Source: a virus (lineage: Duplodnaviria > Heunggongvirae > Uroviricota > Caudoviricetes). Taken from it: a stretch of 17,640 nucleotides of DNA. The notes under the pieces were generated by a model. It was not told where the DNA came from, made no database searches, and saw only the letters and a program-made list of their open reading frames with translations. The first letter of the stretch is position 1, and every line of letters begins with the position of its first letter. A program made the position numbers and the translations under genes. Location of the stretch: IMG/VR virus record IMGVR_UViG_3300028586_000764; one strand, written 5' to 3'. Of this stretch, positions 14,325-17,640 are shown one piece after another.

Positions 14325-15665
14325 TTACGGCAGTTCCAGCTCGATGTAGTCGCCGAAAGGTGGCTTGATGCCGCGGCGGGTGCCTTCGGGTACCGCCCAG
14401 AGAACTGGGTAGTCCGGGGCGACTGTCGGGAAAGTGCCTTCCAGGTCGGTCAGGTAGATGAAGCAAGTGCAGTCGATGCCCTCGTCTTCCACCCACTTGA
14501 ACGGTGGTCGGAAATCCGTACCGCCGCCGCCCTTCGCTTTTGCCTCGAACTCTTCTTCGTCACCGGAGAAGATGGTTTGCACGCGTTGAATCGTGGCGTC
14601 CACGTCCAGCACATACACTGCTTCTGGCTTGATGGTCTCGATGATGTCGAGCAGCTCGCCGTTCATTAGTTGCAAGTACTTGCCCCCAATGGAACCGCTA
14701 GTGTCGCGCACGATGACGATAGCTGGAACAGTGCTGCCGACCATGCCGGGGAAGAAAAATCCCGTGTGCATGTAGCGCATATTTGGCCGCGACCAGGTGT
14801 AGTCAGGCGAAGCCAGCGAGGTCTCGAAGAAGTGCCGAAGCTCCTCTTTCCAGTTCGTTGGCGACTTCAGGGTTTCACCTACCAGACGCTGCATATCCCC
14901 TGCAAGATTTCCTTGCATTCGGACCGCAGTGTCCATGGCCATTTTCCAGTCGGCTTCGTGATTCTCGTCTTCTGGCGCTGGTCGAACTTCACCAGGGATG
15001 GGCGCCGGTTTTGATTCTGGCTTGGAGCCAGGACCACCTTTACCGTCTCCGTCCGCATCGCCATCGCCTTCGCCACCACCCGGACTTTCACCCGGAGCGG
15101 GAGTTGAAGGACCAGGCGAGTCGCCGTCGTCTTTCGAGTCATCGCTACCACTGCCATCCTCGTCCCCGTCGCCTGGAGCAGGCGATGGCGTATCCTTGCT
15201 GCCACCTTTAGAGGGCGCAGGCTTGCTTCCCGAAGGAGGCGCAGCCTGCAGCTTCTCGTAGATGGCTTCTGCGGACAGACCCTCGTACTGCTGGTCATGC
15301 GGAACACCTGCTGGCAACCGCATACCAGAATTGACCAGCAGCGGGTAAATGGCAAAGGTACAAGCTTTCTGCCACTCACCAGACTCACGGGAGTCCTGCC
15401 GCCACGGGTGACCCGCAGCGATGTGCGTGACCGACTTGCCGATGATACCTCGCAGCTCTACGTCTGCCAGACTGTCGACATAGCCCGGGTTGAACCCGAA
15501 CGACACCGAATCAGTCCACACCGTCGAGCAGGAAGGGTCTTCCACGAGTTTCAGCCGCAAGGCCAACATCCCGTAGAAAGGCTCATCCATCACGAGGTTG
15601 GCTCGGGCACGGACCATACGCTCGAGGCGCTGGGCCGCAGCCGCGGCGACCTTATCAGGCTGCAC
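14325..15665 (-). CDS. DUF2201-type metallopeptidase-like domain + Gly/Pro/Asp linker + VWA domain protein
   Basis: N-terminal FYGMLAL...TVWTD...FNPGYV...HIAAGH..R...W.KAC pattern of DUF2201 proteins. VWA MIDAS RDTSGS, GGGGTDF, YLTDLEG. The GTG start overlaps the upstream stop by 11 nt. Confidence 0.88.
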   Translation of the reverse strand: MQPDKVAAAAAQRLERMVRARANLVMDEPFYGMLALRLKLVEDPSCSTVWTDSVSFGFNPGYVDSLADVELRGIIGKSVTHIAAGHPWRQDSRESGEWQKACTFAIYPLLVNSGMRLPAGVPHDQQYEGLSAEAIYEKLQAAPPSGSKPAPSKGGSKDTPSPAPGDGDEDGSGSDDSKDDGDSPGPSTPAPGESPGGGEGDGDADGDGKGGPGSKPESKPAPIPGEVRPAPEDENHEADWKMAMDTAVRMQGNLAGDMQRLVGETLKSPTNWKEELRHFFETSLASPDYTWSRPNMRYMHTGFFFPGMVGSTVPAIVIVRDTSGSIGGKYLQLMNGELLDIIETIKPEAVYVLDVDATIQRVQTIFSGDEEEFEAKAKGGGGTDFRPPFKWVEDEGIDCTCFIYLTDLEGTFPTVAPDYPVLWAVPEGTRRGIKPPFGDYIELELP

Positions 15666-16557
15666 GCTTGAACTCCGCAGCAGCCGGGTTCATGCCGGCG
15701 CCAGCCGGATTCATGAACGCCTGCATCACATTGAAGACAGTCTGGGCTTCTGCGGCCACGCGTTGACGCGTATCCGGGTTGAGCTTGACTGCTTCAGCCG
15801 AGATGCCGGCCAGGCTCTTCTGCAGACGCTCGGACAGCATGTCCAGGCGCTCGTCGTTCATGATGTTCATGCGCGGCAGCAGAGCTGCCAGGTCACGCAC
15901 ACCTGCGATGGTTTCTTCCTTGACGTAGGCCTTCTCGTCACCCAGCTTGCTGGTCAGCTTCGCCAGACGCTCGTAGAGGTCTTCAAAGTTGCGGCGATTT
16001 GCGCGAGCATACGTCTCGTGCATGTCCGCCTCCAGCTTGCTGCGCATGGCATCGGCTTCGGCCGGGTCCAGTCCCAGTTCCAGCAGTCCGGTGGATGCCG
16101 GCATCGGCTGAGCCTTGATTTCGAACGCGTAGCGCGATTTCAGGGCGGCCTGGTTAGGATAGTCGGCAGGGTCGTACAGCTTACCCAGCACAGAGGCTGC
16201 TTCGCCTTTGATGGTGTCGTACTGGGCCAGGAAGTCCAGCACGCCGTTCTCGAAGTCCGACTTGTAGCGGCGCATCTGCGTCATGTACGCATCGAAGTTC
16301 GCGGTCAGCAGGATACGCGGGCCGTCGTGCATCCAGGCATGCGTGTTCTCGTAGTGGAACGTGCGCGCTGCGCGGATGACGCTGAACAGGCGGTCCATGA
16401 CATCGGTCTTGGGCAGTAGGCTCTTGCGCAGACGGCACAGACGTTTGTCTTTGACGTCGTTGGCATCGGCCACGTCCTGCGAAACACGCTTGTCCTGACG
16501 GTTTGCGTCCCAGTTGCTGATGTTCAGCGTGACGAGGATTGCGTTTTTGATTTCCAT
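15655..16557 (-). CDS. DUF3150-like protein (300 aa)
   Basis: AAGGA SD. Pattern LVTLNIS.W...K.LL.........R..HY..T..W...G.RIL...FL..Y......LG.LY...DYP....L...Y.F typical of the family that accompanies MoxR/VWA pairs in mobile elements (recognition only). Confidence 0.8.
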   Translation of the reverse strand: MEIKNAILVTLNISNWDANRQDKRVSQDVADANDVKDKRLCRLRKSLLPKTDVMDRLFSVIRAARTFHYENTHAWMHDGPRILLTANFDAYMTQMRRYKSDFENGVLDFLAQYDTIKGEAASVLGKLYDPADYPNQAALKSRYAFEIKAQPMPASTGLLELGLDPAEADAMRSKLEADMHETYARANRRNFEDLYERLAKLTSKLGDEKAYVKEETIAGVRDLAALLPRMNIMNDERLDMLSERLQKSLAGISAEAVKLNPDTRQRVAAEAQTVFNVMQAFMNPAGAGMNPAAAEFKRAA

Positions 16558-16614
16558 AGTAGTGTCCTTGATTTTTTTTTGTCGAAAAGTGATGCTCTTG
16601 CTGACCAGCGATGC

Positions 16615-17640
16615 TTAGCCGAACAGCGATGCCAGCTCGCCAGTCGTTGCCTGGATGTACGCAGATGTCTGCGTCAGCTCCGGCTTGCGTTTCTGGCAGT
16701 CGCGAATCAGACGCGCAGCCATTTCGCCGCTACCGTCCTTATTCAGGCGTTCTGCATAGCGCACAACTTGCCCGAAGTTTTCCGGGTTGGCGTAGTACGC
16801 CAGCGCACTTGTCAGCATGTACAGCACCGAAACGTCCTTGCTGAGCTTGGATTTTTCCGGGTTGAGCAGAATCGAGTCCGGCGAAGGCAGCGAGCGCCAG
16901 TTCTTCAGGAACTCGACCACTTGCGTAGCAGCACCCACACCGATTGCACCAGCCAGGCCGTCGCGTTCGATGTCCGTGCCGAGTTTCGCCAGGCCCGCGT
17001 TCATCAAACGGCCCGCGTTCGCCCAGGTACGAGGACTTGGGCTGTTCACGATTTCCGTGGTCGGAGCGTGCATCAGCAGCGAGGTCGGGTTCATGCGCAG
17101 GTAAGCAATCAACTCACCAGGCATGGCTGCCCCCAGCGCCCAGTCCACCCATGCGTCCAGCGAAGGCTCGACGTTGATGATGGTCACGAAGCGGCTTTTC
17201 ACAGGCTCCAGGATGCCGTTGACGCCGGCGCGGTCAGCCTTACGGTTGGTCGCAGCGACGAACGTTACGCAGTCCGGCAGCACGTGCTCACCGATACGGC
17301 GAGCCAGCAGCAACTGCATGTAAGCCGCCTGAACAGCCGGAGACGCTTGCCCCAGGTCGTCCAGGAACCACAGCAGTGGTCGAGTTGCCTTCAGCGCCCT
17401 GGCCAGGTGGCCATAAGGCAGGAACTTCGCGAATTCACCAGAGGCGTCCGCGTAAGGGAAACCTTTTGGGTCCGTTGGGTCTTCGACGACCGGATGCGAG
17501 ATTTGCAGGTCCATGCCCTCGAAAAGGGAGACTTGTTCAACCAGGTCCGATTTGCCGACACCCGGCGGACCCACCAGAATTACTGGCAGTTTGTTGCTGA
17601 CGCAAAGCCGGGTAAGCGCGATTGCTTGGATGATATCCAT
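16615..17640 (-). CDS. MoxR-type AAA+ ATPase (start may lie beyond the window edge)
   Basis: Walker A GPPGVGKS, Walker B LLWFLDD, sensor-1 VAATN, Arg finger PVKSRF, SPRTW motif. The ATG occupies the last three bases of the window. Confidence 0.93.
   Translation of the reverse strand: MDIIQAIALTRLCVSNKLPVILVGPPGVGKSDLVEQVSLFEGMDLQISHPVVEDPTDPKGFPYADASGEFAKFLPYGHLARALKATRPLLWFLDDLGQASPAVQAAYMQLLLARRIGEHVLPDCVTFVAATNRKADRAGVNGILEPVKSRFVTIINVEPSLDAWVDWALGAAMPGELIAYLRMNPTSLLMHAPTTEIVNSPSPRTWANAGRLMNAGLAKLGTDIERDGLAGAIGVGAATQVVEFLKNWRSLPSPDSILLNPEKSKLSKDVSVLYMLTSALAYYANPENFGQVVRYAERLNKDGSGEMAARLIRDCQKRKPELTQTSAYIQATTGELASLFG

Noticed and set aside
14990-15250. Repetitive GC-rich DNA in the VWA gene
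   Set aside because: Encodes a Gly/Pro/Ser/Asp low-complexity interdomain linker typical of this family; not an independent repeat element.
15598-16419. 273-aa plus-strand ORF
   Set aside because: Antisense shadow of the DUF3150-like gene.

Overview
GC-rich (roughly 60-65% by eye, with a ~45-55% block at about 9.1-11.5 kb) accessory DNA. It most resembles the cargo region of a large proteobacterial plasmid, ICE or phage-like element. This is inferred from gene content only: no replication, transfer, integrase or structural genes lie in the window. The left 6 kb holds short, mostly single-gene units bounded by intrinsic terminators: hypothetical proteins, an SSB lacking its C-terminal tail, an orphan PD-(D/E)XK nuclease and an Arg-rich protein. 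Next comes a PatA/PatB-like MBOAT + SGNH O-acetyltransferase pair followed by a hotdog acyl-CoA thioesterase, then a low-GC block of exported or membrane proteins including an LprI-like lysozyme-inhibitor domain protein. After that is a minimal threonyl-tRNA synthetase lacking the N-terminal editing region. It is preceded by an unannotated 30-codon leader ORF with eight consecutive Thr codons and a complete 1:2 / 2:3 / 3:4 attenuator, which is the strongest hidden signal in the window. The right end is a minus-strand MoxR AAA+ / DUF3150-like / DUF2201-VWA operon whose peptidase HExxH motif is degenerate. No tRNA, rRNA, CRISPR array or transposase was recognised. Family names come from motif recognition, not database searches.
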